Shown: positions 23,517 to 36,688 of the stretch, one piece after another
Position numbering within the stretch: position 1 is the first letter of the stretch
How the letters are laid out: every line of letters begins with the position of its first letter
Origin: Geosiphon pyriformis uo1
Lineage: Eukaryota > Fungi > Glomeromycota
Direction of reading: 5' to 3'
Length of the DNA: 64,000 bases
Assembly: GCA_016748015.1 (NCBI GenBank)
Contig: JAAOMT010000599.1
Span: forward strand, 458,589 to 522,588
Translations under genes and position numbers: made by a program
Notes under the pieces: model-generated
The model's input: the letters and a program-made list of their open reading frames with translations, nothing else
Databases searched by the model: none
What the model was told of the DNA's origin: nothing

Positions 23517-24836
23517 TTATATCTGATTTTTGTTGATAATTTGGGTCAGTATTACCACAACAAATAACCAATCAGGTCATTTGTGATATTTCTTGAATCA
23601 TGTGCCATAAATAGAGCGATCATTGAAGATTGTTCTATATTGATCTTGTAAGATATAAAAATCATTGTTCAAAACTTTGTTGACTATAAAAAGTCTTTTC
23701 CACTGGCTAGAAAATTTATCACCATAGACATTGTCTCTGTCTGAACGGTATTCTAAAACTAAGTCACCAACACTTAAGGAAAGTGTTTTATATGTTTTCT
23801 TTTTCTTAAGCTTCTCTTGGAATTGTTTTATCTTTTTAAAGGCAATTATTTGTGCTTCTACTAATGAGTCAAGAATGGTACCAAGTCTTCTTTGCAAAAT
23901 GTCTTTGTAATTCTCTATTGTTATTTCTTCAAAAAGTATTGTCTCAATGTCAGTTTCTATTGGTAGGGTTGTCATTTGTCTATAGAGTAGATAAAAGGGT
24001 TCATAACTTGTTATGTCATGATTCACAGTTCTATAAGTAAACAAAGCTGAAGGCAGTACTTTGTCTCATAAGTTTGTTTCTTCACTGGTTTTGGCTAGGG
24101 TTTCACATAGTGTTCTATTAAAACGTTCCACTAGGCCATTTGTTTGGGGATGATAAGAAGAGGAAAGTTTGTGACATATTCCCATTTTTCTGCAAAGTTC
24201 TTTAACAAGTATACTGAGAAAAGCTCTTCCTTTGTCAGATAAAAGTTCTTTGAGACAGCCATGGCGACAAATGATATCTTCATAAATGAAATTGGCTATT
24301 GAGACTGCTGTTTGGTCTGGAGTGGCTCTTGCTTCTACCCACTTTGTAAGATAGTTGGTAGCTGTGATAATGTATCTGTTGCCATCAGGAGTTATTGTTA
24401 AAGGTCCAACAACATCTATACCAATTCTGTTAAAGGGTTGACCAACAAAGATTGGATGGATATCTTCTTTGTGATTGGATTTTCCTCTTCTTTGGCAGAT
24501 ATTACAGGTTTTAATGTATTCAGCAATGTCTTTTCCCAAGGTAGGCCAATAATAGTGAGCTAGAGTTTTCTAAATTGTTTTTGTTTTTCCAAAGTGTCCA
24601 GCTAATGGATCAGTGTGCATGTTATAGATTACAATTTCTCTTTCTTCAAATCTAATAACTCTCTGGGAATGGTCAGGATCTTTTCTATTTCTTTTATAAA
24701 GTTGGTTCTGGCAAATCAAATAAAAATTTGATTGTTTGCACAATTGTTCTCTTTGTTGGCATGTGTATTTCAGTGGGTATTGTCCTTTATCCAAAAATTC
24801 TATTAAGACAGAGTAGTTGTCCAAGTCCATTATCAT
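23517..24836 (-). pseudogene. int: Element D integrase (separate ORF)
   Basis: Start MIMDLDNY; HTDPLAGH...CNIC, GIDVVGP, LSDKG and QTNGLVERFN motifs. Confidence 0.9.
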
Positions 24837-24899
24837 GTGTGTTTGTGGGAGAGTTACTAATAATTAGGTTGGTTTAGTTTTGAGAAGGTTGTACTGTCA

Positions 24900-27800
24900 C
24901 TAGATGGTAAGTCTAGAGAGAGCATTGGTGTTTTAATGATTAGCTCCTTTGTGATGTTGAATATCATAGTCAAATTCATCCAAGTGGAGTATCCATTGAG
25001 TTATCCATTTGTGTTCCAGCTTCTTTTTGTTGTGCAGCCAAACCAGAGCTTGGTGATCTGTTACCACCAAAAACTTTATGCCAAGAAGATACTTACTCCA
25101 GTAGCTAGTGGATCATACTACTACTAAGCATTCTTGCTCAGTAACTGAGTAATTTTGTTCTGCTGGGGAGAGGGTTCTACTGGCATATGCTATGGCATGT
25201 TCTTTGCCATCTTCATCTTTCTGTGATAGGACAGCACCAAGTCCAAAGCCAGATGCATCAGTGTAGAGGATAAAAGATCAATCTAGATCAGGTTGCTTGA
25301 GGATGGGTTCTGTAACCAGTTTTTCTTTTAAAGTTTCAAAGGCTTTTTGCTAATGTGTTCTCCAATGGTAATTGACATTTTTTCTGAGTAGCTGATTAAG
25401 AGGAGAGGCGATTTTGGAGAAATCCTTGACAAATTTGTGATAATAAGAGGCCAAACCAAGAAAAGAGTGTAGTTTATGAATGTTTATTGGTTGTTTGATG
25501 TTTTGGACTTTTTCAACTTTGGCTGGGTCAGGAAAGATTTCATTTTTTGTAATAAGATGACCAAAGAACTGGGTGGATTGTCTTCCAAAGAAAGATTTGA
25601 TTGGGTTAATCTTAAGGCCAGCATTTCTGAAGAAGTCAAAAACCTTTTGCAAATATTCCAGGTGTTTATCCCAGGTTTTTGAATATATCATTATGTTGTC
25701 CAAATAGACTAGAACAAAGTTTTCCTTAACTGATTCAAATACTTTATCCATTAAGCATTAAAAGGTGGGAGGGGCATTGGTGAAACCAAAAGGCATAACT
25801 GTGAATTCATAGGTACCATACTTGGTGATAAAGGCAGTTTTCTTTCTGGTTTCTGAATTCATCTCTACTTGTCAGAATCCAGCAGTTAAGTCAATGATTG
25901 AGAAAAAAGCAGCATCTTTGAATTGGTCTAACATTGCATTAATCTTGAGAAGTGGGTACATGTCTCTTTCAGTGATGGCATTTAATTGGCAGTAGTCAAC
26001 ACAGAAGTGTAATGTTCCACTTTTCTTGGATACCACTACAACTGGGAAAGCCCATTCACTCTTGGTTTCTTGTATGAACCCAAGTTCTTTCATCTGGTTT
26101 ATCTCTTTCTTGATAAACTCATCATTGTGCCAATTGGATTGATAAGGCTTCAAATAGATGGGTCAAGTTTCTCTGGTGGTGATAGTGTGTTGTATCACAT
26201 GGATACATCCAGAGATATCATCTTCTTTAGAGATAACTGGGCTATTTCTAGCCAGCAATTTTTCAATGTCTATTTTTCTTTCTTTTGGGGAGGGTTTTCT
26301 TTGTTCTACAGCCAATAATTGGATCTTAGGTGGTTCATTCTCAAAGGACTTCTGTACTTCTTTTAATTCTTCTCTGGGTATCAAACTAATTGGTTCTCAA
26401 TCTTTATAATATATTAGGCATGATTTGCATTTGTTGCTTGGAGAATACAAGGGTTTGTTGCATCAGCACCAGGCATAAGGACCATACCACCAAAAACTGT
26501 ATTTGGCTTTCTTGCCAGGTTTTTTTTCAAAGGCTCTTCTAAGGATATCATAATAAGGCCAGCAGATCAGCTTGTCATTTATAATGATTCTTTCTTTGTT
26601 TGCTTTAATATTGTTCAGTGGTTTGCCATTGCTGGTAAAGGTGGTATAGGCGAGTTCAGCTGTTTCTTCTTGCTCTTTTTGTTCTTCTTTTTCATCGCTC
26701 TCTTCATCATTTGATTCATCTGATTGTTCTTCTTCTTGGTTTTGTTTGGGTACTGGGGGAGTTGTCCAGTAGCGACACTTAACCACAATGGGTTTCTCAC
26801 CACATCTGATGGTTAATTCACAAAGTTCATAATCAAGCAAAGCTTTTGTTTTTTTGAGTCATTCATTGCCAACAATGATGATGTATTCCTTGGCTTCAGA
26901 AACTTCCATGTCAGTTTCAATGCTGATTCCATTGATGTGGACAGAAACAGCTTTGGCAATACCCAGTTTTTTCTTTTTGTCACCATGTACATTGGTCATT
27001 GGTCTGGTGGAAGGTTCATCAATCTTTCTACCAATTGCTTCCAAGAAATGTTTGGCAATAACACTAACAGATGATCCACTGTCCAGAATTAAGTCAATGA
27101 AGTATCCAGCCACTTGGGCTTTACAAATCAGAGGGGTGACATTGCTGTTGTTAGCAAGTCCAGCTTGGCGAGGGCACTTGTTGGTTTTTGGTGTCTTTTT
27201 CTTTGGAATCAAGAATTTGCGAAGATCCTTTCTGAACTGTAAGTGGGTCATTAACTGGCCAAAGATAATATGTGCTGGGGTTTCTATAAGATCTTTGACA
27301 ATGGAATAGGATCCAGATTTTTGTACAATTTTTGGGGGTTCTAACTTTGGAGGATTCTTAAAAACTTTAGCCTTTGGTGGCTCATTGTTATCAGTGGCAG
27401 AAATTGAGGCTTTGTTAGGGTCTAGAACAAAATCAACCTTGGCTTTTTTCTTCTTTCTGGTTGGTTCTGAGGTGTTGATTGCTAGTTCATCCATGTCATG
27501 GTTATCATCAGTTAAGTTAAAAGTGAAAAAGGGGTTTTCTTCTGGTTGGCTTGTACTTTTACTCTTTGGAGGTGTGCCTACCAGTTTAAAGGCTGATAAA
27601 CAATGGCTTCAACTAGGGGATCCTTTCCAAAGAAATTGATGTTGGCATGATTGGTTCTTTGATTAGAGACATTGTTGTTGTTGTTGGGTCTGTTGTTTTG
27701 GTTGTCATTGTTTCTGGGAACTGGAGGAGGCAGTGGAGAATTGTTACAATCTCTTGAATAGTGTCCAGTTAATCCATAATGATAGCACACAGGTGGGCCA

Positions 27801-29135
27801 CAATTTTGCTGTCTTTGATAGGGAGGTTGCTGGGGCTGGTTAAAACAAGGTTCATATCTAAGTCTTGGTGGTTGTTGGTTATCTCTAACTGCTTGTGCCA
27901 AAGGTTCTAATAACCAGGCAAGATTGGCTGTGAGTTTATCAATTAATTGTTTATTTGGAGCTTGAGTTTGGGCAGCAAAAGAAGCAGCAGCCAATTGAGG
28001 GACAAGAGCCATGACAGAAGCAAGAGCAAAAACTGGAAGTGTAGATCTCAAATGTATTCTTTGGTTGTCTTCAATTCATTGGGCAAGTTTAATGGCCATG
28101 TCTATTGTAGAGTTGTCTTTCAGGGCCAAGAGAGGCCAAAGAGCATAAGATAAATCGGTTTTCAATCCTTTTGTGAAGGAATGAATCTTTTGTTCTTCTG
28201 TCCAGTTTCTTCCAGAGTCTACACATTTGATTAGCTTTCTAATAGCTTTAGCATATTCAGTCACTACTTCTCCAGGGCCTTGGGTTTTTCTTTCCAATTC
28301 CATGCACCATTTGGATATTAATATTAGAGTTCTGAACTTGGCCTCAAACTGGATAGTGAAAGAGGTATTTTCTTCTCCAGTATTGGTTGGTGTCCATCTG
28401 ATTATTTTGTGTTGAGCATTGGCATCTGTTTCTTGTAAGAACCAGGTAGCAGGAGAGCCTTGGAGATAGCCACCAATGATTTGGAACTTGTATTCTTCAT
28501 CATACTGGTCGGCTGTGGCAGCTCTCTCAAAATCATCCAACCATTCAATTGGATCTTGTGTATCACCTCTAAATAATGGTAGTAGGGTATTGTTTCTTCT
28601 TCCTAAAGCAGTTTGTATACCTTGGAGGGTGGCCAGAATGTTTGCTTGCATGGGGTTATTAGCCATTGGTTCAAGAGTAACTGTTTGTGTAGATGAGTCT
28701 AATTTACTTGATAAAAGATCAAAAACAGAGGCAGTTTGGTAGCTTTCTTCTTCTGTTTCAAAGGGAGTTTCAGTTTCTTAATGGGCAGCAATCCAAATGT
28801 GGGATTTGATGATTCAGATATTCGAAATCAGGGGGCTTTTGTTCAAAGATTGCAGAATATAAGAGCTGATTAATACTGTTGTTTCTTTCTTTAAAGTTGT
28901 CTTCAAAATAAGCTTGGTCAAAGTAATAGGTTGTATAAGCTGTGTAGGTTTCAGCTGAATGCTTGTTTAGGAACCAGTTCCAAAAGTCTTGGAATTGTCT
29001 GCTGGATTGTTTTTCAATAAGAAAGCAAATCAAGCAAAAGAGCAAAGGATTAAGTTCAATAAAGTCTAGATCGTTTTTGTTGTGTGCTTTAAAGTGTTTT
29101 TTTGATTGTTGTGGCAGGTATGAATAATCACCCAT
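24900..29135 (-). pseudogene. gag-pol: Element D gag-protease-RT-RNase H
   Basis: Capsid ORF 28076-28666, CYHYGLTGHYSRDC, LILDSGSSVS, IDLTAGF, YLDN, YTDASG and NALSR followed by TAG TGA. Confidence 0.92.
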
Positions 29136-29164
29136 ATAATAGAAAGCAAAGTGGATTTTGACAA

Positions 29165-29181
29165 CCTCACAGGGAGCACCA
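29165..29181 (-). promoter_or_regulatory. Primer binding site of element D (TGGTGCTCCCTGTGAGG)
   Basis: Lies 6 nt (TAAAAG) downstream of the 5' LTR; the same arrangement is seen decayed in E at ~32347-32370. Confidence 0.8.
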
Positions 29182-29187
29182 CTTTTA

Positions 29188-29890
29188 TGTTATGGGTTGG
29201 AGTAACAAGCTAACAGATAACAAGGGAGAACAGGATTGTAAGGTAATGGAAATAATCAAAGGGGAATTCAACTTCAATGAGCAAATTAAATGAGTATGGA
29301 TTTAATGTGTAAGATCAGTCTCATAAAATATCTCAGTCACTATTCTTTTCAAAAGATAACCAGGGAATCTGAAGGTAGAGAAATAGTCCGTACTGTCAAT
29401 AATTGATCACCACTGGTATAATTCTATGCCTCACATCGGCACTCTTAGAATTCAATATCAGGTATTAACTTGTGCTTTTGAGTCACATTTATTTAAATAG
29501 TCTTCAAATACTACAATTATTCAAACAGGAAAAAGCCAACAAGTAATCTTTTATCCTAAGATGTTTGGATACTTGAAGGTAGGGAAAGGAAAATTAGTAA
29601 TAAGAGAGTGATTGAGATGAAAGTTGTTATTTTTATTTATTTGATTCTTGTCTGAGATATGATTTTCTATAGCTAAGAGACTCATTACTTATATAGCTAT
29701 TGAAAGTGGTCAATAACCAGGTCAACAACTAGGTCAATGATTAGGTCAATGATCAGGTCAATGATCAGGTCAACGGTTAGGTTATTGATCAGGTCAATAA
29801 TCACTATCTAAAAATAGAGTGGCTAATTATATGACATCAGTGGCTACTATATGTAATAACTAATAAAAATTATGGATTTCAACCATAACA
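29188..29890 (-). repeat. 5' LTR of element D
   Basis: Direct repeat of 22212-22866 but 48 bp longer (12-bp CAGGTCAATGAT units). Confidence 0.95.
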
Positions 29891-30259
29891 ATATTGAAAA
29901 TAAAAAAAATTAAGCAGTAATTACACAATTTTGTATTAAAACTGGTTAGTTTTTGCTTCTGTTTTTTGTAAGTAAAAACAAGTTTTTAGTAATATTTTTA
30001 GAAAATTTTAAAGTTATTAGTAAAAAAAATTTTTTTATTGTTATTATTACAGAAACATTTTTAATAGTATGTATTTTCTTAATAATCATATTTTTTTATT
30101 TTTATTATAGGAATATGTATTTATTTGTTAATTGTTTAATTATAAACAACAACAAACAGAGTTTTTTGTATGTTTAATTGTTAATATATATAATATATTA
30201 ACAAAATTTATCACATATTTTTTTTTTAAAAAATATTATTTTATAGTTTTTTATCTAAT

Positions 30260-31621
30260 AAAATTTTTTTGTATCAAAAAACATATTAGCTTATAGAAAC
30301 ATTAGAAAAAAATTATAAAATAATAGTTAATAATATTAATAATAATAGAAAAGAAGACTAATAATTGTTTATTAAATCAACTAGTTAAATTTAAAATTAA
30401 AAACCAAATGTTGTTATATTATACTAAAGCTAAAAAACAGTATAATAGAAAATTTAACTTAAAGTAAAATAGACTATTTTATATACACAAAGTTCTAAAT
30501 ATAAAGCTTACAAATTATAATTAAAAAACAGAAGTTTAAAGAAAGCTGTACATAAAAATTGTTTAAAAATTTATTACACAACACAAAAATTGTCATTATT
30601 TGTATTTTAACTAGAAACACAAATTTCATTAATTAGACCAAAAAATATATTATGAAATCCAAAACCAATTATTATTATCAAATACAATTTATATATAACA
30701 ATTTAAATTACATAAAATAAATATATAAATACTAAAAAAAACAAAAAAAAGAAATTAATAACACTTTTAATAGAGATTTTTTAAACAAAATCTTAAAACT
30801 TTTAAATAATTATTTAAAACAATTCAATAATTTATAACATTAGTAAAATCACAATTAATAGAAAAAATATAATACAAAAATATAAACAAAAAAAAAGTAA
30901 ACAAAAATTCAATTAGAACTGAGCATTTTTATTCCTATAAACAATTAAAAAAAAAATACATGACTTTATATACTTAAAAAAATAAAAAAAGTCTTAAATA
31001 AGTTAACTATAAAATTAAACACAGAAAAGTAGATACCAAAAACTTTTAAAACTTGAAAAAAAAATTTTACTAGTTTATTGGTTTTTTAAACTTGACAAAA
31101 AACTAGATTTATAGACATCATACTTAGCTATTAACAAACAAATATTCAATAAAGAAGCTTTTAAACAAATAGAAGAATTTGTTGGAAGAAACAACTTAAT
31201 ACTATATTACAAGACAATATACTAACTGTATTCAGTATTTAAATACTGTTTAATCATATTATTAGACAATTTACTAAATACTATTACAATTAACAATATA
31301 GAATAAATAAAAATTTATAGTTTAAAAACTTATAAAAAACAATACTTAACATAATAATTGAATATTATATCAAAAAAACAATTTTTACAAATATATACAA
31401 TTTTGCAAAAACTCAATTCTAAAAAAAAATGTTACTTGAATAAAAAAACCAATTTAAAGCTATTAAAAAAAACGTAATTAATATATAATAATATGGAAAA
31501 AATATAATAATATAAAATAACACAAAAATAATATATAATAACTTAAAATAATATAAGATAATACACAATAATATAAAATAGCATAGAATAATTAATTATA
31601 ATATAAAATAATTAGTTATAA
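30260..31621 (+). mobile_element. AT-decayed K-family fragment K2 (integrase tail, ORF3, start of 3' LTR at 31430), interrupted by E
   Basis: Inverted homolog of ~17600-18960; KQIEEFVGRNNLILYYKTIY*LY in ORF3; TGTTAC at 31430 after a decayed PPT. Confidence 0.72.
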
Positions 31622-34600
31622 TATTATGGTTAAAATCCATAGTTTTTATTAGTTATTACATATATTAGTCATTAATATTATATAATTAACCATCCTATTT
31701 TTAGATAATAATTAATAACTTGATAATTGATTTGATTATTGATTTAATTATTAACCTAATTAATGACTTAATTATTAACTTGATTAATGATCTAGTCATT
31801 GATTATTTTTTAATAGCTATATAAATAATAAATTACTTAACTATAGAAGAACATAATCAAAGTAACAAAATAAAATCCACTATTAATTACTTTTTTTATA
31901 TTGCTTATTCTCTTTTCCCTATTTTTAAGTATTTAAATATTTTAAGATAAAAGATCACTTGTTAATATTCACATATTTTATCTTTTTTTTTTCTTGATTT
32001 ATATTGTTAAAATTAACTTAAAAAATAAGTGTTTGCTTTTGTAATTTCTTAAATAAAGAAACAATTAAAAAGCATAATAATATCTGTTATTAATTTTAAA
32101 AATTGCCAAGTTGAAACATAGAATAATAGCAGTAGTATTATTTTGTTGACAATTACAGACTATTTTTTTACTTTTAGATTTCTAGAAAAGATTTGCAACT
32201 GTAATTTTTATAAGGCTAATTACATATATTAAATCCTTATTTATTTAATTTGCTTCCTTATTGTAATTCTTTTTTTGATTAATTTTATTATCTTACAATT
32301 CTGTTCTCTTTTGCTATTTGTTAACTTGTTATTCCAACTCATAACATAAAAGTAGTGCTCCTTGTAAAGTTGTTAAAATTTACTTATTTCTTTATTGTAT
32401 GGGTGATTATTCATATCTGCCACAATAATCAAAAAAACACTTTGTAGCACACAACAAAAACAACCTAAATTTTATTAAACTTAATTTTTTGTTTTTTTGT
32501 TTAATCTGTTTTCTTGTTAAAAAACAATGTAGTAGACAATTCTAAAATTTTTGAAACTGGTTCTTAAATAAACATTCAGCTAAAACCTATACAGTTTATA
32601 TAATCTATTTTTTTAATTAAGCTTATTTTAAAAAAACTCTTAAAGAAAAAAAAAACAACATTAATTAGTTCTTATATTTAATAATCTTTAAACAACAGCT
32701 TTCTGATTTCGAATATCTGAATTACCAAATTTACATTTGGATTGCTGCTCATTAGTTAATTAAAACATCTTTTAAAACAGAAAAAAAAAGCTACCAAACT
32801 ATTTTTGTTTTTGATTTCTTTTTAAATGAATTAAATCATTTTATATAAACAGCTTCTTTAAACCAATAACTGTTAACTTTATGCAAACAAACATTCTAAC
32901 CACTCTCTAAGATATACAAACTGCTTTAGAGCAAAAAAACAACACTTTACTATTATTATTTAGAAATAATATTTAAGACCTAATCAAATGGTTAAATGAC
33001 TTTAAAAAAGCAGTTACAGCCAACTAATATAATGTTAATTACAAGTTTTAAATCATTGGTGGTTATCTACAAAACTCTCTTGCTATTTGGCTTTTAAAAA
33101 AACCTGATACTAGTGCTTACCAAAAAATTATTAAATAGATACTAACAAATACTGAAAAAAAACATTCTTTTTATTATTCAATTTGAAAATAAATTCAGAA
33201 CTTCAATCTTAATATTTAAATAACACATAAAATTGGAAAAAAGAATCTAAGATTCAAGAAAAATAGTAACTAAATATGCTAAAACAATAAAAAAATTAAT
33301 TAAATAGGTAGATTTTAAAAAAAATTAGACAAAAAAACAAAAAATTTATTTTTTTACAAAAGAATTAAAAACCAACTTATCTTATGTTTTTTGGTCTCTT
33401 TTGGCTCTGAAAAATAATTCTATAATAAATATAATTATTAAATTTGTACAAAAAATAAAAAACAATCAAAGAATGCATTTAAAATTAACACTTTTAGTTT
33501 TTGCTTTTGCTTTTATTCTGGTTTCTGCTTCTTAAATAGCTGCTATCTCTTTTGTTATTCAAATCCAAGACTTCAATAAACAATTAATAGATAAACTTAC
33601 AGTTAATTTTGTTCAGTTATTAAAGTTTTTAGCACAAACAGTCAGAAATAACCAATAAGTACAAAAATTCAGATTTAAATTACATTTTAATCAGTTCTAA
33701 CAACCACTATATTAAAAACAGCAAAATTATGGCTCATCTGTGTATTATTATTGTGGACTAACTAAATATTTTTCAAGAAATTGCAACAATTTTCTATTGC
33801 TTTCTCCAGTTTCTAAAAACAATAATAATTAAAACAATAGATCCAACAACAATAATGTCTTTAATTAAAGACTTAATCATGCCAACATCAATTTCTTTAA
33901 AAAAAATTTCTTAGTTGAAGCCATTGTTAATTAGTTTTTAAACTGGTAAGCATATTTCTAAAGAGTAAAAATACAAGTCAATCAGAAAAAAACTTTTTTT
34001 ATGTTTATAATCTAATTAATAATGACTATAACATAAATGAATTAGCCATCAATTCCTTTAAATTTACAAGAAAAAAAAAGCCAAGATTAATTTTATTTCA
34101 AATTCTAATAAAGTCTTAACTTTTACTGCTAATAACAATAAATCATCAAAAGCCAAAGTTTTTAAAAATTCTTTAAAGTTAAAACTCCCAAAAATTGTAC
34201 AAAAATTTGAATCCTATTCTGTTGTTAAAGGTTTTATCAAAACCCCAGTTTATATTATCTTTGGCCAGTCAATAACTTATTTACAATTCAAAAAAAATCT
34301 TCACAAATTATTAATCCTAAAAAAAAAGATACCAAAAACCAACAAATACTCTTATTAAACTGAACTTGCTAACAATAATAATGTTATTTTTCTAATTTGT
34401 AAAACCCAAATGGCTGGTTATTTTATTAATTTGATTTTAAACAGTAAATTATCTGTTAGCATTATTGTTAAACAATTTTTTAAAGCAATTGGCAAAAAGA
34501 TTGATAAATCATTTACTTAATTAATAATTAATGTACATAGTAATAAAAAAAAAAGTCTAGGCATAGCCAAAACTGTTTCTGTTCACATTAATAATATTAG

Positions 34601-34700
34601 TATTAAAACTAACATGAAAATATCTAAAGCCAAGAAATACACCATAATTGTTAGCAATAAATAACTTAAAAAAGCCAAAGTTTTACTTGACTATGAACTA
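31622..34700 (+). mobile_element. Element E: decayed D-family 5' LTR (31622-32346), PBS, gag and protease
   Basis: Colinear with the reverse complement of D (29890 to ~26820), with most G/C converted to A/T. Confidence 0.88.
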
Positions 34701-36688
34701 TATAAGTTAAAACTTGATAACAAAGTACTAACAAAAATTGCACATGGAGATTAATTGAAACATTATCATTCCAGAAACAAATTAGTATATATTCCTCTTT
34801 AATTAATTCTGAAGATATTCCTCGAAATTTAGAACCAATAGTTATAATAAAACAATAACCAAACTTGAACACTTAATTTAACATTTTTACAATAATTTTT
34901 TTAATAATACACAAAAATAGAAAAATGGTAAATAATTACAAAAAACATTTAAATCCAAAAACAAATAAAAAACCCTATATCCAAAAATAATTTTCTTTAT
35001 TCTTTTTATTAATTAGTCATTTTTATCATGATTATTCCCCGAAATATTCAACAAATATCTCAAAAATTAATGTTAGCTTTAAAAATACTTTCTGACTTAT
35101 TCATAATAATTAATAAAAGTTAAATTAATTACATTCAGAAAGAAACCACAGTCCCAGTAGTAAATAATTCTCAGAATCATTACTCCTATAAAAGAAACAA
35201 AAGAAGTTACACTGGAAATTAATTACCAGAACTTTTAAAACAAGCTTTAAAAGAAAATCTCTTATTTGCTCTTATTAACATTTTACCAAATGCCACAATC
35301 CAACAAAAACTTCTACTATTTCTTAATGAACAAAACAATGAACATACCCTTATTTATAAATATTTTCAGATTGGAAAAACACTTTATGAACGAAAACTGG
35401 AACTTAAAGCAACAAACTTTACTCTTGAAGCTATACAAAAACAAATTTACAATAAATTTAAGACAGCAACTAAACCAACAAACACTTGCTACAAACTTAG
35501 AGCAGCTTTTAGACTCTATGATTTGTTTAATACTTGTGAAAATGCCCTACAAAATTCAATACTGCAACCAATAAAAATTCAATACATTGGTAAATTTACA
35601 GAACTGAAATTTTAACAATTTTCAAACCAGATTACTTCAATTATTTTGGACCACTACCTTAATATTACAGATAATGCTTAGACTTTAACGGAGCTCAGTT
35701 TTGAGAAAGAAATTATGTTACCAGTAGAATTTTAGCTATTAATTAGCATGAAATTACTCTCATAATTCTTATTATTAATTAGCATATATAATTATTATTT
35801 CAATTATTACTTATTATTTAATCAAATTAGCAATTATTATTATTCAACCAATAATCTGATTTGTATCATAGAAATTAAGATGATCAAATTACACAATATC
35901 CTGACCCATGTAACATAGTCAAAATTCGCCGAAATTAATAAAAATTGGCCGAAATAATCAATAGTTCAGTAAAATAACTTGTAGTTTGCCGAAATATATC
36001 TTTAGTTTACCCAAAATTGTAGCAAAAAGAAAAGTACAAGTTCAAAGACTAATACTACAACAAGTTGTATAAAAGAAGAGCTTCTCTTTTTAAAAAAAAG
36101 GTATTTTCTCATATTTTATCATAGTATCTTACTTTAGATATCGTAATTAGAACAAATTATTTGTTACAAAATCCAATAAAAATTAAAATATTCAAAAACC
36201 AAATTCTTAAATTATTATACTTGAAATTCCCTCAACACAACTAACGTTTTGAAATTGATTAGCTACCAATTTCAGTAATCTGTTAGTGACTCCAGACCTG
36301 AATAGAAAATGTTTTCCTTAACAAAATTCTATTTTTTTTATATTTCTTTTATTTATTTTTTATTTTCTTATCATAATCATTTAGGTAGTCTACAGATGAG
36401 ATTTCTGTAGAAGAGTTGATTTTCACAGCAAAAATAACTACACATTTTTAGTGAGCTTCCAGACAAACAATTCCTGGGAAAGAGTTGATATTTACTACAA
36501 CATAACTACACAAAGTAACTGGTACAGAATTGGTTATTTCATTTATAAGCCTAGCAGTTCAAATTATAGGAGATAATTTGAAGATAAATTCAGTTATTGG
36601 AGGTTCAATTACTTTTAGAAAACGTGAATTTACAATAAAACAGACATCAACAACATTTAAAAAAAGAGACCAAAAACCTTTAGTAATA
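34701..36688 (+). mobile_element. Element F: integrase C-terminus, ORF3 (~35028-35704), PPT and H-family 3' LTR (35716-36688)
   Basis: YKLKLDNKVLTKIAHGD...LEPIVII; ORF3 ...KLRAAFRLYDLF...; LTR homologous to 56509-57489 and 1-212. Confidence 0.85.

Larger units (their letters stand above)
22212..29890 (-). mobile_element. Full-length Ty3/Gypsy-type element D (no dUTPase), 4-bp TSD ATAT
   Basis: Paired LTRs 22212-22866 and 29188-29890, PBS, gag, CCHC knuckle, protease LILDSGS, RT, RNase H, integrase, ORF3, PPT. ATAT occurs at 22208-22211 and 29891-29894. Confidence 0.95.
16853..30260 (-). mobile_element. Extremely AT-decayed Gypsy element K1 (3' LTR 16853-17781, ORF3, integrase, RNase H, RT, dUTPase, Cys-rich), interrupted by D
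   Basis: ORF3 remnant 17852-18046 and YLNNT at ~20665. The Cys-rich frame (LCNYCL..FQYY) is restored across the D insertion. The LTR is homologous to 31430-31621 and 54716-55713. Confidence 0.72.

Noticed and set aside
22836-23571. ORF3 as an envelope gene
   Set aside because: Too short, with no signal peptide, furin site or transmembrane segment visible in any copy.
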